Shown: one piece after another, positions 30,176-39,165 of the stretch
Layout of the letters: each line of letters starts with the position of its first letter
Position numbering within the stretch: the first letter of the stretch is position 1
Source: an uncultured Gemmatimonadales bacterium
GTDB lineage: Bacteria > Gemmatimonadota > Gemmatimonadetes > Longimicrobiales > RSA9
Assembly (NCBI GenBank): GCA_963728445.1
Contig: CAVSJO010000008.1
Span: 42,330 to 106,329 of the forward strand
Reading direction: 5' to 3'
Length of the DNA stretch: 64,000 nt
Made by a program: the position numbers and the translations under genes
Notes under the pieces: generated by a model
The model's input: the letters and a program-made list of their open reading frames with translations, nothing else
The model's database searches: none
What the model was told of the DNA's origin: nothing

Positions 30176-30571
30176 TCACGCCATCGCGCCGGGGGAATCG
30201 CGGGGCGGAGTCGCATGACGAGCGGCCCGTTCAGCGCCGAGAACCGGAGGGGAGGAGGCGCAGCAATGCCCTCCGCTCATCGACCCCGCGACCCAGTTGT
30301 AGGCGCCGCCGGAGCGGGGGTAGCTCGACCCCAGTTCCGCGTAGGCCAGTGCAGTCAACGTCGCCACCATCGCGTTCAGCGCGAACGCCAGGAGCAGCGC
30401 CGGGCCGGCAAGCCCGGCGGCGAACCCGGTGAGGGCGAAAACGCCCGCCCCGATCATGGCGCCGATCCCGATGAACGTGACGCTGAACAGCCCCAGGTCC
30501 CGGGACAGCTCGCCATCCCGGGCCGACGCGTCGTCGGGTCCGGCGGTCGGACCCGTGACCGGCTCGCTCAC
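30176..30571 (-). pseudogene. N-terminal remnant of an APC-family amino acid permease
   Basis: GTG at 30571. The sequence LGLFSVTFIGIGAMIGAGVFALTGFAAGLAGPALLLAFALNAMVATLTALAYAELGSSYPRSGGAYNWV matches only the first ~100 aa (two TM helices) of APC permeases. It then degenerates and stops. Confidence 0.6.
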
Positions 30572-30811
30572 CCGGCGGCGCGGCGGGGGACGCGGCGCGG
30601 TCGCAGCTCGGCTCGGGGTCTGGCGCGGCGCGGTTGCATGGGTTCGGTCGCTGGATGCGTGAGGTGCGTGGGAGGGATCGGTACCAAGATGAGCACCGTC
30701 GGCCACGGGTGGCAAGCACGACCGTGCTGGTGCACGAGCCGCTGTGGGGACAAGCACCCGACCAGAAGCAGGCATTCCCCGACTGACCCCGGCCGAAACG
30801 GAGGCAATCTT

Positions 30812-30831
30812 CCAATCGACTCTTCGATTGG
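30812..30831. promoter_or_regulatory. perfect 8-bp inverted repeat, candidate ArsR operator
   Basis: CCAATCGA-ctct-TCGATTGG, overlapping the GGAGG Shine-Dalgarno of the arsR gene that starts at 30839. Confidence 0.45.
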
Positions 30832-30838
30832 AGGCGAC

Positions 30839-31243
30839 GTGGACGGACTGGCGGACATCTTCAAGGCACTGTCGAACGAGACCCGGCTGCGGATCATGGG
30901 GCTGATCTTCCGGCACGGGCCGCTGTGCGTCTGCGAGGTGGAGCAGATCCTGGGGGTCACGCAGCCGAAGGCGTCGCGGCACCTGCGCTACCTGCGGGAC
31001 GCGGGCGTGCTGCAAGATGAGCGGGACGGGCTGCTGGTGAACTACGGGCTGCCGCGGAACCCGGACGGCGACCTCTCGGCGATCCTGGTGCTGCTCCGAG
31101 TGCTCCTGGCGAGCCGGCCGCTCCGCGATGTTGCACCGCTCCTGGTGGAGATCCGAGAGGCCCGTGCGGAGGGGCGGTCCGCGGAGGACGCGGTGCGGTG
31201 CAGCGGGTGGGTGAGCGAGACCACCGCGGCAGCGGGCGTGTGA
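30839..31243 (+). CDS. arsR: ArsR/SmtB-family metalloregulator
   Basis: GTG at 30839 after GGAGG. The wHTH region contains ALSNETRLRIMGLIFRHGPLCVCEVEQILG, with the CVC metalloid-binding motif. Confidence 0.8.
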   Translation: MDGLADIFKALSNETRLRIMGLIFRHGPLCVCEVEQILGVTQPKASRHLRYLRDAGVLQDERDGLLVNYGLPRNPDGDLSAILVLLRVLLASRPLRDVAPLLVEIREARAEGRSAEDAVRCSGWVSETTAAAGV

Positions 31244-31257
31244 GGAGAGGAGACGAA

Positions 31258-32691
31258 ATGATTCGCACGCGCAATGCGGTGGCGGAGCGGGAGGCGGTGG
31301 AGGGCGCGCAGGCCCAGCTGCGCGCGCCCGTGGGCCGCCGCCTCGTCGGCTGGTGGGCGCGGAGGCGCGCGGAGCCGGGCGCCACGGAGTGGCAGTCGGA
31401 GTGGAAGCCGCTGGCGTGGATCGCCGGCGTCTTCATCATCTTCTACTACCTCCCGGTCCGCAATGCCCGCTTCGACGGTGCGGTCACCGAGGCGCTGGCG
31501 CTGACGAAGTGGTATGCGCAGGAGCACGTGCTGCTCTGCCTGGTGCCGGCGTTCTTCATCGCCGGGGCGATCTCGGTGTTCCTGAGCCAGCAGGCGGTGC
31601 TGAAATACCTGGGCCCGCGTGCGTCGAAGCCGGTGGCGTACGGTGTGGCCTCGGTGTCCGGGACGCTGCTCGCGGTCTGCTCGTGCACCGTCCTTCCCCT
31701 TTTCGGCGGGATCTACGCCAACGGTGCGGGGCTGGGCCCCGCGTCCGCGTTCCTCTACTCGGGCCCGGCCATCAACGTGCTGGCCATCGTGCTGACTGCG
31801 AACGTGCTGGGGGTCGAGATCGGGATCGCGCGGGCGGTGGGCGCGGTCGTCTTCGCCCTGCTGATCGGTTTCTTCATGCACCTGATCTTCCGGCGCTCGG
31901 AGATCGAGCGCTCGGGGCAGTGGCTGGTGGGGGCCGAAGACGACGACGCCGGCGAAGGCCGCCCCCTCTGGCAGACCGCGGCCTTCTTCGGCGCGATGGT
32001 GGCCGTGCTCGTCTTCGCCAACTGGGGTGCGCCGGACACGACCGATGGCCTCTGGTACGCCGTCTATGCGGCCAAATGGAAGCTCACGGCCGCCTCCGCC
32101 CTGCTCCTGGCGTACGCGCTGGTCCGCTGGATCGGCATGAGCGCCGTCGAGGTGGGAGCGACGGTCGTCGTCACCGCCCTGCTCGCGCTCCACTTCCCCC
32201 ACGAGCCGCTCATTCCGTTCGCGGCCGCCACGCTGGGGCTGTCGCTCATCGCAAGCACGAGCGGCGGGGAGGCGGGGGAATGGTTCAACGCGTCGTGGGG
32301 GTTCGCCAAGCAGATCTTCCCGCTCCTGTTCATCGGGATCCTGGCCGCCGGGCTGCTCCTGGGCCGGCCCGGGCATGAAGGGCTGATCCCGTCCACCTGG
32401 GTGGCGGAGTCGGTGGGAGGCAACTCACTCGGCGCCAACCTCTTCGCATCGGTAGCGGGGGCGTTCATGTACTTCGCCACCCTGACAGAGGTGCCGATCC
32501 TCCAGGGGCTCAGGGGCGCGGGGATGGGCGACGGGCCGGCGCTTACCCTGCTCCTGGCCGGGCCGGCGCTGTCGCTCCCGAGCATCCTGGTGATCCGGAG
32601 CTTCATCGGCACCAGGAAGACGCTGGCGTTCGTGGCGCTGGTGGTGGTCATGGCCACCACGGCCGGGATGATCTACGGCGCGATCGTCTGA
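31258..32691 (+). CDS. COG0701/ArsP-like permease (putative organoarsenical efflux)
   Basis: ATG at 31258 after GAGGAGAGGAGA. Polytopic protein with a vicinal-Cys motif, LLAVCSCTVLPLF. The thioredoxin-like gene downstream is the usual partner. Confidence 0.7.
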   Translation: MIRTRNAVAEREAVEGAQAQLRAPVGRRLVGWWARRRAEPGATEWQSEWKPLAWIAGVFIIFYYLPVRNARFDGAVTEALALTKWYAQEHVLLCLVPAFFIAGAISVFLSQQAVLKYLGPRASKPVAYGVASVSGTLLAVCSCTVLPLFGGIYANGAGLGPASAFLYSGPAINVLAIVLTANVLGVEIGIARAVGAVVFALLIGFFMHLIFRRSEIERSGQWLVGAEDDDAGEGRPLWQTAAFFGAMVAVLVFANWGAPDTTDGLWYAVYAAKWKLTAASALLLAYALVRWIGMSAVEVGATVVVTALLALHFPHEPLIPFAAATLGLSLIASTSGGEAGEWFNASWGFAKQIFPLLFIGILAAGLLLGRPGHEGLIPSTWVAESVGGNSLGANLFASVAGAFMYFATLTEVPILQGLRGAGMGDGPALTLLLAGPALSLPSILVIRSFIGTRKTLAFVALVVVMATTAGMIYGAIV

Positions 32692-32736
32692 GGCGGCGCA
32701 ACGGACTGGACAACACGAGAACTCGCAAGGAGAAGA

Positions 32737-32991
32737 ATGATGAAGGTGCAGATCCTCGGAACGGGGTGCCCCAAGTGCAAGGCGCTCACTGCCAACGCGG
32801 AGAAAGCCATCTCGGAAATGGGCCTCACCGCAGAGATAGAGAAGGTGGAGAAGATCAAGGACATCGCCCGGATGGGCGTGGCCATGACGCCGGCGCTCGC
32901 GGTGGACGGCGACGTCAGGTCCTCGGGGCACCTGCTGTCGGTCGAGCAGGTGAAGCGGCTGCTGGCTGCGAAGGGTGCAACGGCATCGTAG
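32737..32991 (+). CDS. thioredoxin-fold redox-active disulfide protein 2-like
   Basis: 84 aa, MMKVQILGTGCPKCK, with a CPKC active site. AGGAGA Shine-Dalgarno is present. Confidence 0.8.
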   Translation: MMKVQILGTGCPKCKALTANAEKAISEMGLTAEIEKVEKIKDIARMGVAMTPALAVDGDVRSSGHLLSVEQVKRLLAAKGATAS

Positions 32992-33055
32992 AACTGGGCG
33001 TGCGACCGGATCACCCGGCAGCGGCGTGGTCAGTCCCCCTGCCGGGACACGGCGC

Positions 33056-34173
33056 TCAGGACGCCGAGCGCACCCCCGAGGGCACTGCACAGTTCGACAC
33101 GTCGTCCATCTCCGCCTCCGACGCGGGGAAGTACTTCCGCTTCCACCACAGCGCCACGTTCACGAGCGCAATGAGGACCGGCACCTCCACGAGCGGACCG
33201 ATGACCGCCGCGAACGCGGCCCCGTGCGCGATCCCGAACGTTCCCACAGCGACCGCGATGGCCAGCTCGAAGTTGTTCGAGGCCGCGGTGAATGACAGTG
33301 TGGCCGTCTGCGCGTACGTCGCCCCCACGGCCCGGCTCATGAAGAAGGTGATGGCGAACATGACCAGGAAGTAGATCAGGAGCGGGATCGCCACCAGCAC
33401 CACCTGCACGGCTGCCCCACGATCGCCTTGCCCTGGATCGAGAACATGACCACGATCGTGAACAGCAGCGCGATCAGCGTGATCGGGCTGATCTTCGGGA
33501 TGAACCGCTCGTGGTACCACCTCTTCCCCTTCGCCCTCACCAGTACGTAACGCGTCAGCATGCCGGCCAGGAACGGGATCCCGAGGTAGATGGACACGCT
33601 CTCGGCGATCTGCCCGATGGTGATGGCCACCACCGTCCCCTCCAGCCCGAGCCACTGCGGCACGACCGTGATGAAGACCCATGCGTAGACGGAGTAGAAC
33701 AGGACCTGGAAGATCGAGTTGAAGGCGACCAGGCCGGCGGCGTACTCGTTGTCGCCCTCTGCGAGCTCGTTCCAGACGATCACCATGGCGATGCACCGGG
33801 CGAGGCCGATGAGGATCAGCCCCACCATGAGCTCCGGGTGCCCTCGGAGGAACAGGATGGCGAGCCCGAACATGAGCAGCGGCCCGATCACCCAGTTCTG
33901 GACCAGCGACAGCCCGAGGATCTTCCAGTCCCGGAAGACATCGCCCAGCTCCTCGTAACGCACCTTCGCCAGGGGCGGGTACATCATGAGGATCAGCCCG
34001 ATGGCGATGGGGATCGACGTCGTCCCCACGTGCGTCGCCTCGTTGATCGCCGTGATCGGCTCCGGCCACAGGTATCCGAGCCCGATGCCCACGGCCATGG
34101 CCGCGAAGATCCACAGCGTCAGGTGCCGGTCCAGGAACGACATCCGCCGCCCCACGCTCTGCTGCTCCGTCAT
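33056..34173 (-). pseudogene. acr3: ACR3-family arsenite efflux permease with a single frame break
   Basis: The N-terminal 250+ aa ([23 protein letters not shown]...[13 protein letters not shown]) are in one frame. The conserved C-terminal part ([21 protein letters not shown]...[16 protein letters not shown]...[19 protein letters not shown]) is in another. The junction is near 33405-33415. Confidence 0.85.
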
Positions 34174-34222
34174 CTCGTTTGCTCCGCTGCTCGAGCTATT
34201 CCCTCACTCGCCGAGCACCCCG

Positions 34223-34996
34223 TCAGCCGGCGTCCGCGGCGTGCGTCCTCGGCATCCCGCCGGTCTCCAGGTACTCCGCAAACTCGTCCGGCAGCTCGCT
34301 CTCCCGGATCGCCGACATCGCCCGGTCCAGGTCGTACTCGACCCGGACGAAGTCGACCGCCACGTGCTCGGCGTCCATCTCGACCACCACGTACCCGGCG
34401 CGCCAGTCGCCGTCCTTCGGCCGACCCACGGAGCCCGTGTTCACGAAGTGGATCCCTTCGATGCTCCGGTGCCACGGCTTGTGCGTGTGGCCGAACGCCA
34501 CCACGTCGCCCCACTTCGCGCCCAGCTGCTCCGCCATCTGGAGGCAGAACCTGTCCGACCGGTCCTCCGTCCAATAGACGGTGTTGAGGACCGGGTTGCC
34601 GTGGACGAGGATCAGCCGCGGCCCCCCGGTGTGGCCGCCCAGCGGCCGGACGTCGATCCGGAAGGGCAGGCTCCCCAGCCACCACTTCGTCTCCGGCGAT
34701 GCGTTGGCCCTCGTCCACTCGTAGCTGAGGTGGCTCAGCTCCTCCTGCCGCGGGTCCTCGTACTTGCAGCCGCAGTGCCTGTAGTCCGTGGCCGTGGTCG
34801 AGTCGTAGTTCCCCGCGACGCCGGTGATCGCCCGCTCCCGGAGCACCGCCACCACCTCGTCCGGCCAGGGCGCGTACCCTACCAGGTCGCCCAGGTGGTA
34901 GATGCCCCCGAGGCCGCTCCGGCCATCGATGTCCGCCAGCACCGCCGCCAGCGCCGGCAGGTTCCCGTGGATGTCGCTGATCAACGCATACGTCAT
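34223..34996 (-). CDS. calcineurin-like metallophosphoesterase
   Basis: Motifs [22 protein letters not shown] and GHTH. ATG at 34996 overlaps the arsM stop (ATGA). Confidence 0.75.
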   Translation of the reverse strand: MTYALISDIHGNLPALAAVLADIDGRSGLGGIYHLGDLVGYAPWPDEVVAVLRERAITGVAGNYDSTTATDYRHCGCKYEDPRQEELSHLSYEWTRANASPETKWWLGSLPFRIDVRPLGGHTGGPRLILVHGNPVLNTVYWTEDRSDRFCLQMAEQLGAKWGDVVAFGHTHKPWHRSIEGIHFVNTGSVGRPKDGDWRAGYVVVEMDAEHVAVDFVRVEYDLDRAMSAIRESELPDEFAEYLETGGMPRTHAADAG

Positions 34997-35826
34997 GTCA
35001 GACCTCCAGCCGGTTTCCGCGCCCGCACGAACGCCGACATGAACCGCCCCTCGATCGCCTCCCGGAACGCATCCACGTCCAGACCCGCTTCCTCCAGGAA
35101 CGACCGGGCGTCCTCCGGCTCGTAGATACGCGTCGGCTCCAGGCTCGGCTCCTCGAACCCCACCTCCCGCAGCAGCGCCTCGAACTCCTTTTCCTCCAAA
35201 GCCCCCGCCACGCACCCCACCCACAGTTCCATGCTCCGACGCACCTCCGCGGGTACCTCGCCCCGCACGACGACGTCGGACACCGCGAACCGCCCGCCCG
35301 GCTTCAACACCCGGTGCGCCTCCCGCAGCACCTGCGCCTTGTCCGCCGACAGGTTGATCACGCAGTTACTGATGATCACGTCGACGCTCGCGTCCGGCAG
35401 CGGGATGCTCTCGATGTCTCCCTTCAGGAACTCCACGTTCTCGGCACCGGCCGCCGCCGCGTTCCGCCGCGCCAGCTCCAGCATCTCGTCCGTCATGTCC
35501 AGCCCGTACGCCTTCCCCGTAGCACCCACCCGCTTCGCGCTCAGCAGCACGTCGATCCCGCCCCCGCTCCCCAGGTCCAGCACCACCTCGCCTTCCTTCA
35601 GCTCCGCCAGCGCCGTCGGGTTCCCGCATCCCAACGACGCCAGCACCGCCGCCTCCGGCAGCGAGCTCGCCGTCACCGCGTCGTAGAGGTCCCGCGTGAT
35701 CGGGTCCGTACCATCCGGACCGCAGCACGACGACGTTCCGCAGCACGTCCCCTTCGACCCCGCAGCCGCCCGCACGGCGGCCTCCCCGTACTTCAGCCTG
35801 ACCACCGCCTTCATGTCCGTTCTCAT
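34993..35826 (-). CDS. arsM: arsenite S-adenosylmethionine methyltransferase
   Basis: GGAGG plus a 6-nt spacer precedes ATG 35826. N-terminal Cys cluster is [12 protein letters not shown] motif is [12 protein letters not shown] downstream conserved Cys is present (VGCVAG). Confidence 0.85.
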   Translation of the reverse strand: MRTDMKAVVRLKYGEAAVRAAAGSKGTCCGTSSCCGPDGTDPITRDLYDAVTASSLPEAAVLASLGCGNPTALAELKEGEVVLDLGSGGGIDVLLSAKRVGATGKAYGLDMTDEMLELARRNAAAAGAENVEFLKGDIESIPLPDASVDVIISNCVINLSADKAQVLREAHRVLKPGGRFAVSDVVVRGEVPAEVRRSMELWVGCVAGALEEKEFEALLREVGFEEPSLEPTRIYEPEDARSFLEEAGLDVDAFREAIEGRFMSAFVRARKPAGGLT

Positions 35827-35839
35827 TCGCGACCTCCGT

Positions 35840-35855
35840 ATCAATTTCGATTGAT
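35840..35855. promoter_or_regulatory. perfect 6-bp inverted repeat, candidate ArsR operator
   Basis: ATCAAT-ttcg-ATTGAT, in the low-GC gap between the arsR stop (35879) and the arsM start (35826). Confidence 0.45.
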
Positions 35856-35878
35856 GTTTACGGTCAAAAAAACATGCG

Positions 35879-36208
35879 TCACCCGCAACAGCCCCCGCTC
35901 CGCACCACCGGCAGCCATCCCGCCTCCGGCTTCACCTCGCCCAGGAACGACCGCATCTCCTCCAGCGCCTCCGGCACCAGCGAGTAGTAGACCCAGCGGC
36001 CGTCCCGCCGGTCCGAGACCACGCCGGCGTCCTTCAGCTTCTTCAGGTGGAACGACAGCCGAGACTGGGCCGCGTCCAGCTCGTCCTGGAGCTCACAGAC
36101 GCAGCGCTCGCCGCCGGCGAGGCGCCGGACGATCTCGAAACGCGTCTCCTCGGCCACCGCCTGGAAGCGCTGGAGCAGGGTCGGGTCGAGCAGGGTGTCG
36201 TGTGCCAT
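35879..36208 (-). CDS. arsR: ArsR/SmtB-family metalloregulator (second copy)
   Basis: ATG at 36208. Contains FEIVRRLAGGERCVCELQDEL (CVC motif) plus a C-terminal GGCCG. Confidence 0.8.
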   Translation of the reverse strand: MAHDTLLDPTLLQRFQAVAEETRFEIVRRLAGGERCVCELQDELDAAQSRLSFHLKKLKDAGVVSDRRDGRWVYYSLVPEALEEMRSFLGEVKPEAGWLPVVRSGGCCG

Positions 36209-36221
36209 GAGAAGAGTATAC

Positions 36222-36237
36222 ATCAACCTGTATTGAT
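36222..36237. promoter_or_regulatory. 5-bp inverted repeat, weaker candidate ArsR operator
   Basis: ATCAA-cctgta-TTGAT, in the low-GC stretch just upstream of the arsR start at 36208. Confidence 0.3.
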
Positions 36238-36447
36238 ACGTCAAGGGGGTAGCGCAGCGGGAGGCGCAATGTAGCGGACGCTCGGCCATCGCCATCGCCG
36301 GGCGCCCGACCGTGCACATCGGTCGCGCCACGCCGGTGGCGGGCGCGCCGGACGGCATCACCGACCGCGATCCTGTTCATCCGACGGGATCTCGCGCATA
36401 TTCGAGGCGCTTTCCACTCCGCACATGCCCGTGCCCCGGACCACCTC

Positions 36448-39134
36448 GTGATTCCAGAGCATCCCCATGCAGGGGGCGCCACTGACCAGGGTGCTTCACT
36501 CGCCGCTGCCCTCGGCGACCGCTACCGCATCGAGCGCGAGCTCGGCGCCGGCGGCATGGCCACGGTCTGGCTCGCACGAGGACGTGCGCCACGACCGGCA
36601 AGGTCGCGATCAAGGTGCTGCACCCGGAGCTCTCGCGCTGATACTCGGACCCGAGCGCTTCCTGAAGGAGATCGAGCTCACCGCAGTCCCTGCAGCACCC
36701 GCACATCCTGCCGCTGTTCGACTCGGGCTCGGCCGACGGGCTGCTCTACTACGTGATGCCGTTCATGGAGGGCGAGACGCTGCGGGCGCGGCTCGATCGC
36801 GAGCGGCAGCTGCCGGTCGAGCGACGCCGTGCGCATCGCGGCGGAGTGTCGCTGACGCCCTCGACGTATGCACACGAGCGCGGCGTGGTGCACCGGGACG
36901 TGAAGCCCGAGAACATCCTGCTGCAGAACGGCCACGCGCTGGTGGCCGATTTCGGCATCGCGCTGGCCGTCGAGCAGGCCGGCGGTTCGCGCCTGACGCA
37001 AACCGGTCTCTCGCTGGGTACGCCGCAGTACATGGCGCCCGAGCAGGCGACGGGGGATCTCACCGTCGGGCCGCGCGCAGACATCTATGCGCTCGGGGCC
37101 GTCACCTATGAGATGCTTGCCGGCGAGCCGCCGTTCACCGGTCCCACCGCGCAGGCCGTCCTGGCCCAGGTGCTCACCGCCGAGCCGCGACCGCTGGGGC
37201 TGAAGCGGCGGCGCGTCCCGGCGCACGTGGACGCGGCAGTGCGGACCGCGCTGGAGAGGCTTCCGGCCGACCGCTTCGGCAGCGCCAGCGAGTTCGCGGC
37301 CACCCTCGTGACGCCGTGGCCGGCCGCTTGGCCCGGCGCGGGAACGGCGCCCGGCTGGCAACGGAACCGACCGGTGATCGTCGCCGCCACGATCGCCATC
37401 GTGGCCGTCGTGGCGGCGGCGTGGGGGTGGGGCAGGGTGGCCGCCGACCACGCCGGCGCAGCGGCCGCCGCCGGCCGGCCGTGGCTGGCGACGCTGTCGT
37501 TCCCGGACAGCGCGCCGCCCGAAGGCCCCTTCGCGCTGTCGCCGGACGGATCGAGGCTGGTGTACGTTGCGCACGCGTCGGGAGGACCCGAGCTCTGGGT
37601 TCGGGATGCCGACGCGCTGGATCCGCGGCCGCTGCCGGGCACCGACAGCGCAAGCTATCCGGCGGTCTCCCCGGATGGACGCCAGGTCGCGTTCGTTGCC
37701 GGCCACACCCTTCGCCTGGTGTCGCCCACCGGTGGCCCCGTCACAACGGTGACCGACACGCTGCCCAGCTATTCGCTGATCGAATGGGCGGACGACGACC
37801 ACCTGCTCATCAGCGGCCACTCCGGCATTGTGCGGGTGCCCGTGCGCGGTGGCGCGTGGGAGCAGGTCACCATCATGGATACCGTCGCCGGCGAGGTCTT
37901 CCACACCGGCGGCAGCCCGCTCCCCGGCGGCAACGCGATCCTGTTCGTCGTGGTGCCGCGCAACTACGGGGACAACTCGCGCTTCCGCATCGCCGTCTCC
38001 GATCCGGCCACCGGGCACCACCGGCTGCTCACGCCCGGCTTCTGGGCCCGCTACGCGGACCCGGGATACCTCCTCGTGGTGCGGCCGGACAGCACGCTGG
38101 TAGCGGTTCCCTTCGACGCGGAGAACCGCCGCATCACGGGCCCGCAGGTGCCGCTCTCGGCGGGAGCCATGATCGACTCCGACGCATTCCCGCAGATCGC
38201 AGTGGCGCGGACCGGTCAACTCGTGTACGCGACGGGCGGTTCGCATACGCCACGGCTGAGCTTCGCGCGCGTCCGCCGCGACGGTGCCGTGGCGCTCCTC
38301 GACTCCGCGTGGGTGGGGTACGCACGCGACGTCGCGGCGTCGCCCGATGGCGCTCACGCAGCGGCCTCTGTCGAGCTCGGCACCTGGGACATCCTGGTGC
38401 GCGATCTACGCAGCGGGGCCGCCAGCCGGATCACGGTCCCTGCGACCGTGACGAGCGATCCGGTCTTCAGCGCCGACGGCCGCACCGTGTTCTTCGCCGC
38501 CAATAATGCCCAGGGGGGCGACATCTTCCAGGCGACTGTGGGCAGCGCATCGCCCCCGCGCAGCATCGTGCGTGATACGGCGGTGAACCTCGGAGCCCCG
38601 GCAGCCTCGGCGGACGGTCGCACGCTCTACTATCTCAGATTCCGGCCGGGCCGGAGCGCCATCTACGCGCACGCCCTCGATCAACCCGCCGCCGCCGACC
38701 CGGCGATCATCGCCGATCCGGCGCGCGTCCACGCCCCCAGTCCCTCGCCCGACGGGCGCTGGCTGGCGTACGTGTCCGGGGGCGAAGTGTACGTGCGGTC
38801 CACCGACGCCTCGCGCGCCGACCTCTGGCAGGTCTCCACCGCCGGTGGAACCACGCCGCGCTGGTCCCGCGACGGCCGTGAGCTGTTCTACGTCGGCGGC
38901 GACAGCCTCATGGCCGCCGACGTGACGACCGGGGCCGGGTTCACCGTGCGCTCCCGGCGCGCCCTCTTCTCCATGGATCGCTTCGAACAGGGCCTCGGAG
39001 CCGTTGCCTACGACGTGCTGCCCGGAGGCGAATTCCTGATGCTCGAGAAGCGGGACGCCGGGCCGGGAAGCGCGCACGTCATCTTCGTTAATCGCTGGCG
39101 GGCGCTGCTCCGTTCAGAGGAGGCGCAGCGGTGA
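36448..39134 (+). pseudogene. Hanks-type Ser/Thr kinase with TM and TolB-like beta-propeller; N-lobe disrupted by multiple indels
   Basis: Compared with the paralog at 40911, the pieces LGAGGMATVWLA / EDVRH / AIKVLHPE / LGPERFLKEIELT / LQHPHILPLFDSG... fall in alternating frames between about 36565 and 36870. From HRDVKPENILL onward one frame is open to 39134, covering DFGIA, APEQ, a TM helix and PD40-like repeats. Confidence 0.8.
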
Positions 39135-39165
39135 GGCCCCCGCAGATCATGGAGTCCCCCTCCCG

